Source: Felis catus (taxonomy: Eukaryota). From it: a DNA stretch of 64,000 nucleotides. The stretch covers positions 14,758,001 to 14,822,000 of the forward strand of contig NC_058368.1 of assembly GCF_018350175.1 (NCBI RefSeq), read 5' to 3'. The notes below the pieces were generated by a model. It saw nothing but the letters and a program-made list of their open reading frames with translations, did not search any database and was not told the DNA's origin. Shown here one piece after another: positions 37,244 to 51,404 of this stretch. Positions within the stretch are counted from its first letter, which is position 1. Each line of letters starts with the position of its first letter. A program made the translations under genes and the position numbers.

Positions 37244-39441
37244 ACCACATTTTAAAAAGTAAATAATACGTACTATAATTTCACAGCCTTGCACACATAA
37301 AAATTGCTTGGAGTGGCGGCGGCTTGTTTCACATCTTTTGCCCATCACCCCCCCCCCCCATATATATCACCCGTGATCTCCTTGGGGAGAGAGACCATAT
37401 CCTCCAAGCCCTCTGCACAGCACCAAGCCCAGAGTTGAACATACAGAAGATGATCAATAAATATTCATTGATTGGCTGTTAGACACAGAATGGAACACTG
37501 ATTTAAAGTCAGATCTGGGTTCTGAATCTATTTCTTTGGCCATACGATGTAACTAAAAACTTCCATCTCTATACAAGATTGTTGTGAACACACATAAAAG
37601 CACTTCCCAAGTTGTAAAGAACCTAAAACTGCATGCTTTCTATTATTATAAATACAGCATGGAATTTTAACACTGGAAGAGAATGGAAGGAGATGGAAGG
37701 AAATTGACATTTACTAGGCACTGAGCCAGATCAAGGACTGTGCCAAATGCCTGGCATGTGTTATCTTTTTTAATCCTCATAAAAACTCTACAAGGAAACG
37801 GGCTCTGAACTGTTAGATACTTTCCCAAAGTCACACAGCCTCAAGTGGCCCAAGTGACCTCAAAGGCCGTTGTCATCCCAGGGCACCTCATGGCTTCTCT
37901 CAGCACCTCGTCTGCTTAAGACCTAAAGAAGCAGCTGCCTCATGGGACTGATACTCAGAAGTGGAGCTCGAAAACCAGACTTCAGAAATGGAAAGCCTGG
38001 TCATCTTTCCTTTGTTCCTGAAAATGACTCGGATCTACACTGGTTCCTTAAAGAATTGGAGTAACTGCTCTGAATCAGGAACTTAAAAGAAGTGAACAGG
38101 TCAGTCAGCCGGTAAATTAACCAGCAAAAGACTGAAAAAAAAGATTTCCAGAAGGGAAGGCAGCTTAGAAGATCTCCTGAAGTTCTACACTAAGGTCGAA
38201 AAGAAATGTGAGCAGATGAGGACAGCCATGAGGGACCTTAGAGACCAGGTCAAGGATCCTGCATGAAGTCACACTCTAGCCTGCTTCCGAAAAGAACCAG
38301 GCTCCTAACCCAGCCCCAGAGCAGAGCCCAAGACACCCCCAGCTTCACTGTTTCACGACCTTTCCCCCGAGCTGTTTAAAGGGCATCTGAGTCACCAGGA
38401 AGACAGCTAGGACTTGTGGGCTGCCTTGGGCCCCGAGAAACATTATGGAGGAGGAGACAATCGATTCTGTGGGTGTCGGGACTCTTACGAGACAGCAGTG
38501 GGGGGCAGAGAGGCTATGACACAAATGATAAAGCTGGTGGCACTAAACACAAAGGACACAGGCTGGCTCAGCCCCCTGATTCACCAGTGAGTCATAGTCT
38601 GTGAGCAGGAAGCACAGCCTTGGATTGTGTTTTGGAAAAGGACAGTGAGGTATATTTCAGGTCTCTGTGTTCTCTTTGATCGTCAGAAACAAAAAGAACA
38701 ATTAATTAAATAGAGCCTACACTTTTATATTAATTAAAAGCCATGCAATATATATCTTGGTCAATTTTTAAACCCCTGAGAGCTGTAATTGGTCCCAATG
38801 AGAGATGGCCTCAGGCAAAGATCATGTGTTAGGGGGTGGGGGCAGGCAGATCTGGGTTCATATTCCAGTTTGGCCATGTATTAATATCTATGTGATCTTG
38901 GGGAGGTTTAACTGTTTCTCTGACCCTAAAATGTCTCATTCCTATTCTTCTTGAGAAAATTAGAGATACCATTTAAGAATGAATACATACTGTCCAGCAC
39001 AATATTCAATCTGTAAAGGGTAGCAGCTATTTTATTATTAGCAGTAGTGGTAGCAACAATGTTTTAGTGCTATATATTTCTAGATGCTGCAATTGCTGAA
39101 TTACAAGGCATCAAGACAGAAGTCTCCTCTACCTGTCCCAGATGGTGCCAAGTCTGTGAAGAATGCCCTCGAAAGGCAGAAGAGACCCTTGGGGTCTACT
39201 AATGCTTCATGTTCATAAAGACTTGAGTGTCTAGGGTTCAAGTCCTTCTAGATTACCCAGCCAAGTGGCTAATAGCTAGAGTGTTATATCAGTACACGGT
39301 CTGTTCACTGCATTTGCTATTATAGTGTTCTGCTAAGAAGTAGAACTCTAGAGGTACCAGATGCAAGCCTACATAGCATTAACAATAATAAACATTTATT
39401 GATGTTCCTCTGACTTGGCACCATTCTTTATATGGTCTATT

Positions 39442-39445
<4 letters not shown>

Positions 39446-39526
<81 letters not shown>
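39446..39526. repeat. Compound (TC)n(AC)n microsatellite
   Basis: About 20 TC units followed by about 20 AC units. Confidence 0.95.
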
Positions 39527-39528
<2 letters not shown>

Positions 39529-40816
39529 AGGGACAGACTACGGTTGGCTATAACTTACAGAAGGGGAAATGGATGCACAAAGCTGTTAAGTCCCAAAGCT
39601 GGTATGGGTTGGGGCCGGGATTGAAACCAGTTAGTCCAGAGCCCATGCACCTAGCCATTTGTTATTCTACCACTAGCCTTTGATCTGGGAAGAAGCTTGT
39701 GGTAAGGAGATACACACTCAAGTCTATCTGTTTGTAAACTGACACCAGGGCTTTGTATCCATCTGTCCCTGGTGGACATCAGGTAATTTTGGTGCTAGAA
39801 CATTGTCTGAGGTGGTCCTGGGTTCTGTCCCTTTGAGGTCAAGCCAATTCAATCAGGGAGACTCCGCATAGCCAGCCCTAGGGGTCATCCTGCCAGTGCT
39901 TGGGCCACCTGCCACAGGAAGTGAACACAATCACCACCCCATGGCCATCACTTCTGGAAAAAGGACCCCCAAGTCTCCCCTCCTGTCTCCTTCAGGAAGC
40001 TGTACCACTTTAGTTTATAGAGGCAGCATCACCAGTTTTCCAGCACATAGGAGCCCTTGTGTGGGGAGTGTCCATGGAGAAGAGGGCAAATATTGCCCCA
40101 GGGATGCTTACTCAACCGGATAACAGAGCCTCACTTGCATGCAGCTTAGTCCAACACATTTCTCTTTATAATTACCACTAAGTCAAAAAAAGAGAAATGC
40201 TGATGGGACAGTCTTAGAAAATACTTAGAAAATAAATATACTTGAAACTTATCAATTTCCTTCTTTTATTTTCCTTTTCCCCTTCCCCTATCTTGCAGTT
40301 ATCCTCAACCAGTAAGTACTTGCTTATTGAGTACCCACCATTTGTCTGTCCAGCCACTTACTCTATAGACAGTGAGTGCCTGCACTGTGTTACTGCTCGT
40401 GGGCTGCTCAAGTAGACCAGCAGCAATGCAAACAATTGCAATCCAGTATGATCTGCTCACATACTCAAAACATCAAGTGCCATGGTAACACAAGAGACAG
40501 CCATGAGTTCCGCCTTGAGTTTGGGGAGGTTCCAGGAGATTCCTCAGAGGTGATGACACTGCTCTGGCTCTTAAAGGAGGACAAAGGTAGAGTGGGATGG
40601 GGGAGCCAAGTGAACCATATGGACAAGCATACAGGAATCACATGTAGAAACAAGGGTCCGGTATGCCTGGGAAGTTGGGTGTAGAGGGGAGCCTGGGGAA
40701 GGGGAAGTGAATCACAAAGATACACTCACAAAGATACAACACTCTTTAGTGTTGGGCATTGGGGAGCTAAAAAAGAATGTAAATACTAGCCCCCTGTCTT
40801 CAAGAATATCACAATA

Positions 40817-41023
40817 GGGGCACCTAAGTGGCTCAGTTGGTTAAGTGTCTGACTCTTGATTTCAGCTCAGGTCATGATCTCACTCATGGTCAGGAGATCA
40901 AGCCCCTTGTGGGGCTCTGTGCTGAGCATGGATCCTGCTTAAGATTCTCTCTCTCCCTCTCCCTCTGATCCTATCCCCATCTCTCTCTCTCTCTCTCAAA
41001 AGAAATAAATGAACTTAAAAAAA
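40817..41023 (+). mobile_element. CanSINE
   Basis: 15-bp TSD aagaatatcacaata at 40802-40816 and 41024-41038. Confidence 0.95.
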
Positions 41024-41459
41024 AAGAATATCACAATAAATTCAGGGAATCTTGACACTAACACCCATAAGATGATAAGAGAAAAATAAAAAGTAGAACA
41101 AATGTAGATGTTAGAGTAGCCTGTTCCTCAAAAAGAGAGAGCAATGTGGGCCAGGACAGTGTAAAAGGAAAGGAGTCTTAAGGAGGTGGGTATTGCAGCC
41201 ATGTCTAAAATTACAGGCCCAGACCCAAGTCACCCATTGTTTACTTAAGTGTCACAAGTCACCTGCCTGTGACCCCCGTCTCTTCCCAAATATAAACATA
41301 GCTCTCTATCTTTCCAACGTTTCCTGGCTTCTCCCTTTAAAGCCATCAGTGAGTGCCACGGCTCCTTCTGGTGCAGGGCTTCCATGTTTCCATATAAACT
41401 GTAGAGTCTGATTAAAGTCTAGAGTTTCTGATGTGAGGTAAGTAGAAGCAAAATCATTT

Positions 41460-41668
41460 AAATTTTTTTTAAATGTTTATTTATTTTGGGAGAGAGAGAG
41501 AGAGCAGGGGAGGAGCAGAGAGCAAAAAGGAGACACAGAATCTGAAGCAGATTCCAGGCTCTGAGCTGTCAGCACAGAGCCCAGTGTAGGGCTCGAACTT
41601 ACAAACCGTGAGATCATGACCTGTGTCAAAGTCAGATGCCTAACTGACTGAGCCACGCAGAGGCCCCC
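41460..41668 (-). mobile_element. CanSINE
   Basis: Tail, GA region, body; flanks aaaatcatt / aaaatcact. Confidence 0.9.
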
Positions 41669-41714
41669 AAAATCACTTGTTGTTTTTTTTTGTCCCAGAG
41701 TATCCAGCAGGTTA

Positions 41715-41801
41715 TTACAAAGAGTTCTTGACCTGGATCCATAGATGAGTTTGGGGGATATATAACCTCTTAAAATTGAAGGTTTATATGTGTGAACTGT
41801 G

Positions 41802-41836
<35 letters not shown>

Positions 41837-41935
41837 CACCTGGCATGAGATGTATATTTTTCTAGAATAAGGTCCATACCTCTCATTAAGTTCTCAGGAA
41901 GGAGCATATACCCCAGAAGACTCAAAATCAATGAT
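41715..41935. mobile_element. hAT-Charlie-type MITE containing a (TG)n run (41803-41833)
   Basis: gttcttgacctggatccatagatg...tatttttctagaataaggtccatacc...ttctcagg. Confidence 0.45.
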
Positions 41936-41944
41936 TCAGACCTG

Positions 41945-42140
41945 GCTTCAGCAAACTACAGCCTGCAAGCCAAATCCAGCCCACAGCCCATTCTTTTAAA
42001 GTTTTCTTAGACTATAGCTATACTTTGGGGTTTATGTGGCCGCTTTCACACTACAACAGCAGAACCAAGGAGCCGCAGCAACAACAACAAAAGTATGGTT
42101 TTACTATCTGGCTCTTTACAGACAAAGGTGCTGACCCCCA
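41945..42140 (+). mobile_element. MER58A-like hAT MITE
   Basis: cagcaaactacagcctgcaagccaaatccagcc...tttactatctggctctttacaga...gctgacccc. Confidence 0.75.
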
Positions 42141-43459
42141 ATTTAGACAATATTTTTTAGAGCCATCCACTACACGAGTGGTTGCTTGCTAATAGTTCAC
42201 CACCCAAAGCTAAAAGCAAATAATTTTAGAATCTAAGTTTCCCTTGCCCCATGTGGCAACCTCATAGATTAGTTAATGTGCCCTGGGCTGGCCCTCCTCC
42301 TGTCCTCCTTGGAAGACCACTAGACAAAGAAGTGACTGAGAGAGATGGGCTAGAATTCTTCCAAAGTGACCCTGCCGCAGGCATCCTGGGCCCCGCTTCC
42401 TTTGCAAACTGCCAGAGAAGAGTTAAGCAAGAGAATTAACATCACTCTAAATAATTCAAACAGAGTCCTGCTGCTGGCTTCAAACCAAAGATGAGAAATT
42501 ATATAATTAGCTGCAGCAGATTTAAAAGACTATATAAAATATGCTAATGCTCTCACCATGGTAAGGCAAAGCTGCAGTAACGATGCCATCTATTAACTAG
42601 CCTATAGGATCAGTCCAAATAAAGAGAAACATCCTAAGGGTATTCTAAAAAATGGTATCAGTCAGTTTGGTAGAATACTTTGCTTGGGCTGCAAAATAGG
42701 TTAAGAAGAAGTTTAACTCCATTTTAATGTGTTGTAAGTTGCATATTCCACGTTCAATGCATTTTTTGATCAACAGCATATTAATTTCTTTACCATTAAA
42801 TCAAGAATAATTGTGTGTTTTTTGCTGTTGATGTTGTTTGGAGAGCTCTCATCATTCCGATACGTTTGCCGGCAGATCTGTTTCTGTACATGGGCTTTGC
42901 TTGCACATGTGCAGAGAACAAAGCAAGCAGATACTATGGCAGGTATGACTACAGGTGTCCCTCGAGCTCTGCAGCCTTATTCCATGTTAGTGCCTTGTGT
43001 GCCAGAAACCTAAAGAACTGCATGCTTGACCTAAACTTGCAGCTTCTTTATGAAGCTAGGTGTCTGGAGATAGGAGAGAGCGCTGCACAAAATAACGAAC
43101 TCTTAGCCAGAGGGGAAGAAATATTTGTGAATCTAATCTTAATGTCAGGGAACCTCAAAGGCTTCCTCCACTCAACAGTGCATCACCACATGCTTGAATG
43201 TCTGAGCTTTCCTCTTTGGGATGCTACACGGACCTCGTACAGTTTTCCAATCTGACTTTATTAAAGGCTGCTGCCCACCATGGGCAGACTCTTTCCATGA
43301 GTTGGTTGCTTGCGGTGACATTTTTTTTACCGTAAATTGGCATCTCCCATATCCACTAGCATATTGTTCAGATAAATATTTGTTAAATAGTTCAAAATAA
43401 AGATCTAAAAGCTGTTCCACTTTAATCACGAGATGAGGGTTTCCAAGCACCCAAATAAT

Positions 43460-43680
43460 AATGATAAGATCACATAGTAACAATTGTCCATTACATTAGA
43501 GCTTTGCAATGTGATTTTCACCCACATCATCTTATTGAATCCTCATGGCAACCTTTCCACATTGGTACTACTTTTGTCCCCATTTTTCCAGTGGACACTG
43601 ACTCAGAGAGGATAAGTACTTTGCTCAGGATCACTCAGGTGATAAGCACAGGACCTTCCTTCTCCAGGGTTGGTGCTCTT
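43460..43680 (-). mobile_element. MIR
   Basis: atcctcatggcaacc...cccatttttccagtggacactgactcagagaggataagtactttgctcaggatcac. Confidence 0.65.
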
Positions 43681-44359
43681 TTGAGGATGCATTTTAGGCT
43701 GAGGTTGAGGCGCTCACTAACTTACGCAACCTTACTTAATGGAACAAGCCCCGAAATGGACATCAGCAGCCTGGCTTCGAGCCTCACTCAGCTCTAACAC
43801 TAGCATGCTGGTTGACTTCGGGTAGTCAACTTAATTCCCCTGGGCTTCCTCACATATGAAATGGAAGAACTGAGCAAGACACTCCCTTATGTTCTTTCAA
43901 CTCTAACAATTAGGAATTGTATTGAGCAAAAGTAATCCCGCTCCCAAATGATCTGTCTGAAGGGAATGTACATAGTGTGAGATACAAAATACACTCAATA
44001 AGAAGATGAAAGGGACTTTGCATTATGCACATTTTTAGATGATTCATGCCACAAGTCCCTCTCAATTAGCACACTTCACCAAGAGCTAACTGTCTACACA
44101 ATTATTAAATCATTTCTATGACCCTTATATAGAAATCAACTCTTGAGATGAGAGTGTCAAATGAGAGGGGTCAGCCTGCCCCCTTCTGGGGTGGGATCTA
44201 GTCATTTTGCCTTTCTCTGTCTGCCAAGATCCAAAGTCTTTGATAAGCTTATTGTTTTTGTTACTGTTTTGTTCTCCTCATTATAAGTGGTTGGCGTGGT
44301 TACTGTTATAGATTTAGCATGGATGTTGGATGTCTCCTTGAGATCTTGACAGAGTCCAA

Positions 44360-45075
44360 TGTTGTATAACACACAATGTGTCTGGTTTCTTCCCTGGGTT
44401 CCTGGAAGGGAGTTTCTCAACCCTTGGAATTTCCCACGTGATAGCAGTGTCCATGTCATTCTTGCCCAGTCCCTTGAATCACATCTGAGCTTATGCTAAT
44501 GAGAGGACCCAAGATGGGGGTTGCTCATACCAAACCATGTGATGGGGGTGGGCTTTGAGCCACAGAATAACCACATGACCTCCTAGGAGTGGGAGAGCTA
44601 CAGACAAGTGGCCAATGAGTCAACAGACCAGGCTCGCGGTAATGAAACCCCAACAAAAACTGTATAGCAAACTCAGTGGAGCTTCCCGGTTGGGGAACGC
44701 TTCAGTGTGCCAGAAGGGTGATGTGTCCTGATTCTTCAGGAAGAGAGCATGGAAGGTCTCCCTCTGGCACCCTCCTAGATCCTGCCCTATGTGTCTCTAC
44801 ATTTGGCTGGTCCTGATCGTATCCTTTATAATAAAACTATAATCATAGATACAGCATATCACTTTTCTGAGTTCAGTGAGTCGTTCTACCAAATTACTAA
44901 ACCTGAGGGGGATGCAGCAACCTCTGAATCTGTAGCCAGTTGGTCAGGAGTGTGGGTGGCCAGGGGACCCCTGAACTGGCAGCTAGCATCAGAAATTAGG
45001 GTTGTCTTCCTGGGGACCATGCCCTTAACCTGGGAAGTCTGTGCTGACTCCACGTAGTTAGTGTCAGATTGCAGC
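44360..45075 (+). mobile_element. Solo LTR, MER21-like
   Basis: tctggtttcttccctgggttcctgg...acccttggaatttcc...cttatgctaatgag...aatgaaacccca...tatcctttataataaaact...gtagttagtgtcaga. Confidence 0.8.
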
Positions 45076-45398
45076 ACAGTCCTACAGCCCACCTGCCACC
45101 ACAGAGCTCTGCCCACGTGTACATCAGGCACATGCCCACCTCAGACTCTGTAGTAACTGTCACCTGAGCCTGGAACACTCTTCCCTTGGGATCTTCCTGG
45201 CTGGCTCCCCCACCTCCTTCAAGTCTTTTCTCCAATGCCACCTTCTTACTGAATTCTTCTCAGCTACATTATTCACTGTGCACCCCCACCCACATCCTCC
45301 CACATCCTCCCCTACACACTCCCCTCTACCCTACTTCGTTCTTCTTCCTACCACTTATCTTCGATACACTATGTAATTTGCTTATGATTTTGCTTATT

Positions 45399-45625
45399 GG
45401 GGGTGCCTGGGTGGCTCAGTCAGCTTAGCGTCTGACCCTTGATTTTGGCCCAGGTCATGATCCAAGGGGTTTGTGAATTCGAGTCCCGCATCGGGCTCTG
45501 TGTGGACAGTGCCGAGACTGCTTGGGATTCTCTGTCTCCCTCACTCTCTCTCCCTCCCCCACATGCACACGTGCACAAGTGCAAGCTCTCTCTCTCCAAA
45601 ATAAATAAATCAACATTAAAAAAAA
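45399..45625 (+). mobile_element. CanSINE inserted in L2 remnant
   Basis: 13-bp TSD gattttgcttatt at 45386-45398 and 45626-45638. Confidence 0.95.
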
Positions 45626-47489
45626 GATTTTGCTTATTAAATATCTTCCTCTCCCAATAAGCTCCATGTGGACCAGAATTTTTCTCTCTTCACTTCACTA
45701 GTGCCTGGCACATGGTAGATATTCACTCAATACTAGTCAAATTGGTTAGAACTTATTACTATATCCATACACACACATATCTCATAGGGGATATAATAAA
45801 TTGAACTCATGTTAATTGTCTATAGATCCTGCTGCCTAGTATATTTAGCTATCCTTATTTTCATATTTAGAAAATCCATTGCATATGGGAAGATTTTATA
45901 TCTTAAGAAGAAACAACAGTACTCATTTTTCCATAGGTTTTGTGAAACTAATCATAATGTGAACGAATCCTCTGACTTCTAATGTTATTCTTAGAATAAT
46001 TCTGTTGAAAGGCTATCAAGTGTGAAATGAACACAAAAAAAGGTATTAAGCTATAAATGTACCTAAGTTGACACTAAGGTTGAGAGGCAATCTATAAAAG
46101 AAATTTTGTGTTCTCCAGAGCTAATCAACTCAAAAGCTTTATAACCTCTGTTCTCCATAGTTGGGCAAGGATCTCTGTGGTCCTATCAACGAGATGTCCT
46201 AGCTGTCGTATCAGTGGGACGCCCCACAAGTGAACGAAAGGCATTCACTGAATCAGTCGGCCCTAGTGTACCTCAATAGCTAAACTAAATGCAGAGCTTG
46301 ATTTCGTCTTTGATCATGATGATGCTAGTTTTCGCCCTGACCTGGCAATGGTTTGCCTTTGCTCACTTCCCTCCCCTGAGCTTACAGGTGTGGCTTCTTT
46401 CAGTTCCGTTGCTGGCACTCCTGACAAGGCTGCTTTTCTTTGGCCTAGTTCTGATTATTTGATGAAGACTCATATGAATTTAGACAAACTCTTATTCAGA
46501 TCTGTTTTAAGTCTCCAAGAAAAGTTGGACTCATGATTTTACAGTGATTCTGCCTATTGAAACAAGAAGATAAGTCACCCACGCAATCATATTTTTTTTA
46601 CTGAAAGCTTTATCCATTTGTTTATTTTCCAGAGCTATTATGAAAGAAAATCTAGTTTTAGGCAGCAAAGAGTCATATAACATCAGTATCTTATTATGTT
46701 TCAGCTACTCAGAATACTTACAATAATGAAAATCTATAGAGACAACCTATATCCACACACATATCAAATTATTACTCAGTCTGGAATTAGATTTTAGAAT
46801 TACTTTCACATCAAGTCTTTTTCCACCATAACATTCACTTCATCTGCTTTCCATAAGTAGGTATTTAACTTTCCAGAACTTCTTTGTTTAAACCCCAAGA
46901 ATGCTTGACACACAGTAGGCTCTTAACACATGCTTGGTATGGGGAATTGAACTGGGAGATTTCAAATGGGCACAAAAACCCCAGTGCATATGCCCTGGGG
47001 ATGCACGCGAAGAAGAAAGTTCTATCTGTACCTTCCTATACTCGGGGGGGGGAATGTGGGGGTCAGTGCAGGGGATAAAAGAAACGGAGGTCCCCCTCTG
47101 TGGGAAAAGAATGAGCCAGCCAAAGCCAGACATTGGGCCTGAGGCTGCCCTCCCATTGCCGCCCCTGAAGACACACATAAAGGTTATTATAGCTTTTCAT
47201 TTATTTTACTTCTTGTCTGAGAGCTTTCAGGCAGCTATGCTACTGGTCTTTAGCTAGAGAGGTCCTCAGCAGCATAACTTGTTTGGGAAGAGCAAGGGCC
47301 TGGAAACAGACAGATCTTATTTCAATTCTGTCCTCTGCTATTATTTATCCTCAGGCAGAATTTGGATGCTTAAGGCTCTTAAATGGCCAGAATTAATGAC
47401 TAAAATTAATAAGGTGCTCTGGCATGAATACAACTAAAGTACTGGATGGAGGTTCAGATATGCAATTAAACAAGTAGAACCTGGCTTCA

Positions 47490-47860
47490 CACCATATCGG
47501 AAAGCCCCACAGAGTTCAGCTGACCGCAAGCTAACTGACAGCCTGCAATGCTTGGCTAGTGCTTAAAGAAACCATAATCACATTTAGGCTGCATTTAAAC
47601 AAGTTTGATGCCTCTATTAAATAAGTGTATATTCTCTGTGCTATTTGAAGCCTTCAAGGAGTACTGCATTCAGTTCTGGGTTTATTTTGAGGAGGAGATT
47701 GCCGACCAAAAAGTATCCAGAGAAAAGTAACCAGGATAGTAGGATGGTCTTCAGAGAAACAACTGAAGGAACTTTCCTAACAAATCTGGAGAAACCAGCT
47801 CTGGGGAAGTGTCGAGCCTCAGTCCTCAAGCGTCTACAAGGTTGACTGGTGGAGTAGATC
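47490..47860 (+). mobile_element. L3/CR1 LINE fragment (5' piece)
   Basis: ttaggctgcatt...ggagtactgcattcagttctggg...tccagagaaaagtaaccaggat...aactgaaggaact...ctggagaa are CR1 RT-region motifs. Confidence 0.65.
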
Positions 47861-48551
47861 CCTTCTGCATCCACTGACTCAGCTAACATTTCTTGGGCTT
47901 TTACTACATTCAGAGCACTGTGATACGTGCTGTGGGATACAGAGATTGATGATACAGAGACCCAGCCCCAAGGAACTAACAAGTAAGATAAAAACAAGGA
48001 GTCTGGGATCTCCAGTTTTCCTCCCAACCCTGTTACCCACTGGATATGTGACCTCAAGCAGTTTCTTAGCTTGTCTTAACTTGGTGTTCTTTATTTGCAA
48101 AGCAACACCGCAGGGTTTTTCTGAGGATTAAATGAGATAAATATCTGTAAAAAGAATGAGAAATCAGTAATTGACTGAAACCAACAAGATGGGGAAAGAG
48201 AAATTTCAAACTAGACTTCAAAGGGCAAAGGGAGTTTGCTGGGTGGTGGTGGGGAAAAGGAAAAAGAGCATTCCAGGTTGAGGGGGCAGTATGAGCAGAG
48301 ACAGAGATACTGAAAACAAATGGCTTTTGGAAGACCAGCAAGTACTACTGTGGCTGGAGTGCAGAGGAGTAATAAAGCAATGACAAGAGCTATAAAGATA
48401 CCACAAAGCCGAATCATAACTTCCCTAGAGTTTCTGGGTGGTGGAGGGCTATATTCAAGTGAATATTGGGAGAATCCACCTGTGTACAAACAGGTGGAAC
48501 AATTAAAGACTGAAACCAGGAAAGCAAGAGTCATCATGAGAGTAAGCAAGA

Positions 48552-48757
48552 GGGGTGCCTGGGTGGCTCAGTCTGTTGAGTGTCTGACTCTTAATTTTGG
48601 CTCAGATCACGATCTCTCAGTTCATAGGTTCCAGCCCCGAGTTGGGCTCTGCACTGACAGCTTGGAGCCTCCTTGGGGTTTTCTGTTTCCCTCTCTCTGT
48701 CTTCCCCTAACCTCCTTCTCTCAAAAATAAGTAAATGAACTTTTTTTTAAAAAAAAG
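48552..48757 (+). mobile_element. CanSINE inserted in L2
   Basis: Head ggggtgcctgggtggctcag; flanks taagcaaga / taagcgaga. Confidence 0.9.
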
Positions 48758-49879
48758 GTTAAGCGAGAGATAATGAGGAACTGACCTAAAATAATGGTGG
48801 TGGCATTGAAAAGCAGGTGACAAAATGTGAGATATGAGGAGTAAAGGTGAGGGGCAAGTGAAAGACGACTCCAGGTTTGCAACGCTGGTGTTAAAGAGAA
48901 TGCTGATCCCATGAACTAATATAGGAAACACAGAAAGAGGGATAAAATTGACTAAGAAGATGATGAGTTCAGTTGTGAAAAATGTTGAATTGCAAGTGGC
49001 TGTAGAATAACTGTAAGGAAGTTCATACTAGCCAGTTGGAAATATGGTTCTGGAGCCCATGGGAGGAGTCAGGGCTAGAGATGTAGATCTGAGAGGAGGT
49101 GGACTTAGAGATTAAGAGTATATCATCAAACATACACAAACTTGGGTTTGAACTCTAACTTTGAGACTGACTAGCTGTGTGGCCTTGGACAAATTATTTA
49201 TCATCAAAGCTTTAATTTCCTTAATTGTAAAATTGGGAAAATTATACATACTTCAAAGACTTTCCTTATTGCATACCATCTGGTTGCCATTTGTCACCGT
49301 CACTGTCTACCATAACCATCATTGCTGAAACCATTAAGGTAGATGAACTTGGCTTGGAATTGAAAGTAATTAAGCAGAAAAAAAGGGTTGAGGAATGAGT
49401 CTTAGGGAACAATTATTAAGGGAAACGTGGCAGAACAAACCTGAATGAAGCTCAGGAGCAGTCAAGAAGGTGGGCAGAAGATCAGAACAGCAAGACACGG
49501 GGATGGACAAGAGAAGAGAATTTCAAGGAGGGAATCCTGGAACATGTCAAACTCTACAAAGAAGTTGGGGACGAAAAAGGAAAACAAGGGCATCGGATAT
49601 AGTGATTTGAAGGTTATCCTTGTGTATGGAACTATTATATACGTGGCAGGAGTGGAAGGAAGTCACAAATGGAACAGGGTTCAAAATGGAATTTGCACCC
49701 AGACTGCAAGGGGATGTGTATCAGACACCGAAGTGAATTGAGAGCCAGATCACCTTCTAGAAATCTCAAAGCAGATATAAACAAACAAATTGCAGGCCTT
49801 AGTTTTCTTACTCCTTTCAAAGGGATAAAAGACTTATGTTAGCAGAGAGAAAGGGGATTTGTGAGAAGGATTTCTTTAG

Positions 49880-50800
49880 AGAGTTGTGCAGAGCTCCCTC
49901 ATTCCAGAAGAGGGGAGATGCTTCTCTTCATCTCAGTTAGGGCTTCACTGGGAGATCTGAAGAACCTGGTCAGTGCCATCTGTGGATTGAGGAAATTACA
50001 CACTCACGTCTGAGTGTTCGGCTATTTACTGGAGAACCACTGGCAGCAGAGTAAAGGAGGCTTGGCTGCATCGGGTGGCCTGTTGTCTGGGCAAAGGACA
50101 TATGAGTGCACTGTGGAATGGAGGGAGTGAATTGGCGTGGAGCTAATTTAAATTCTTCCCAAGAGGATCATCTGAGGCCAACAGGGAGAGCTTTGGAAAA
50201 TAAGGACTACGGGAGAAACATCCAAAGCTGGAAGAAACCGAACTGACCACATCAAAGCAGAAGAGTGGAATGTTCCCAGTAAGAGTCCCTGAAGAACCCA
50301 CAAAAACACCCGTATGAGAAGTTGGCTTCATATAACGTGTGCTGGCCCGGAGGGCCTGAAGCCATCTTACAACAGCGCTATCCTGTAAGGACATCCCACC
50401 TCCCCTCTCTCATCACCCTGCTCCTCTCCACCCTTCTCTCTTCCGACCCTGAAAAGATAAAAAAACATCAGGGAGGAGGTAAGTGGAAAAGGAGAACCCT
50501 ACCTTTTTCCTTCAGAGAAGGGACTCACGACATTGGGCCCTGGAGAGGCATGGAAAAGGAATTCCAATTTTGAATGACTATCGCACGGGACTCAATATAT
50601 TCATTTCTGGATTGAGATGGTGATTTGTAATAAGAAGAGCCCATAATACTTTTTACCATCTTAGGAGAGAGGAGAAAAGTCTTGAGATTTGTGGCTAAGT
50701 GTCCTACAGTGGCAAAGAAGAGCTCCCACCACTATATACATTTAAAAGGATAGTGGAAGACAACTTTTAGTGAAAAAAGGTCCCCATAACTCTCATGTTT
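49880..50800. mobile_element. Possible ancient Gypsy-like LTR remnant (MamGypLTR/LTR85-type)
   Basis: A ~0.9-kb block interrupting L2-like sequence; tttaaaaggatagtggaagacaa resembles these LTRs' 3' region. Weak, from memory only. Confidence 0.3.
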
Positions 50801-51404
50801 AAAAGGTACTATTTACCCAAGGGTATAAAAAGTGAGTCAGGATGAGGACATGAAGGTCTTGAGGACAGTAATTTTGCCCTTTTTTTAAGTAATTTTGTGG
50901 GGTTTTTGTTTTTGAAGGCTGTTTGGCAGAGAAAGGGCACTGTGCTTTGATGAGGTGATAGAGATGACTGAAGGTCCTCTTAGGACAGGAGAAACTTAGT
51001 TGTGGCTGCAGGTGGAGGAGAAAGAGACAGTAAAGATAGGGTAAAATAACAAATCCGCAAGAACAATAGGAAAGGAAGACTGATAAGGCAAGGTCACAAA
51101 GAAGAAGAGAGAAGACAAAGTCAAGAACACTGCATTTGCCTTTAGAAAAAAAGACTCTTTTTCCCCTGAAAGATGAGAAAAGGAAGAGAGAAGATATAAA
51201 GACATTTTGGTTTAGAAGGAAGGCAAATAAAACAGTTTATAGTGAATGACTTTGATCATCCCTGTAGTTTACAGAAGTTCATCTTCTGTGAATGAAGGCA
51301 ATGGGTGGTGTTTATTACTCTGGAGGGCAGAATCAGGACTACTGTGTACAAGCTAGAAAGAGATTAACTTGGGCCCAATATAAGAAAGAACTTCTTATAA
51401 AAAA

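Noticed and set aside
40712..40738. tcacaaagataca duplication (similar case aatgtatttagag at 58242-58269)
   Set aside because: Ordinary two-copy slippage duplications with no further structure.
42815..43255. 146-aa ORF on + strand
   Set aside because: Non-ATG start, no recognisable domain, antisense in an intron; a length expected by chance in 64 kb.
46316..46340. C/D-box-like ATGATGA...CTGA
   Set aside because: Boxes only ~25 nt apart, on the strand opposite the host transcript, with no terminal stem.
47641..48730. 138-aa and 136-aa ORFs
   Set aside because: They overlap L3, MIR, L2 and SINE remnants and show no protein-family signature.
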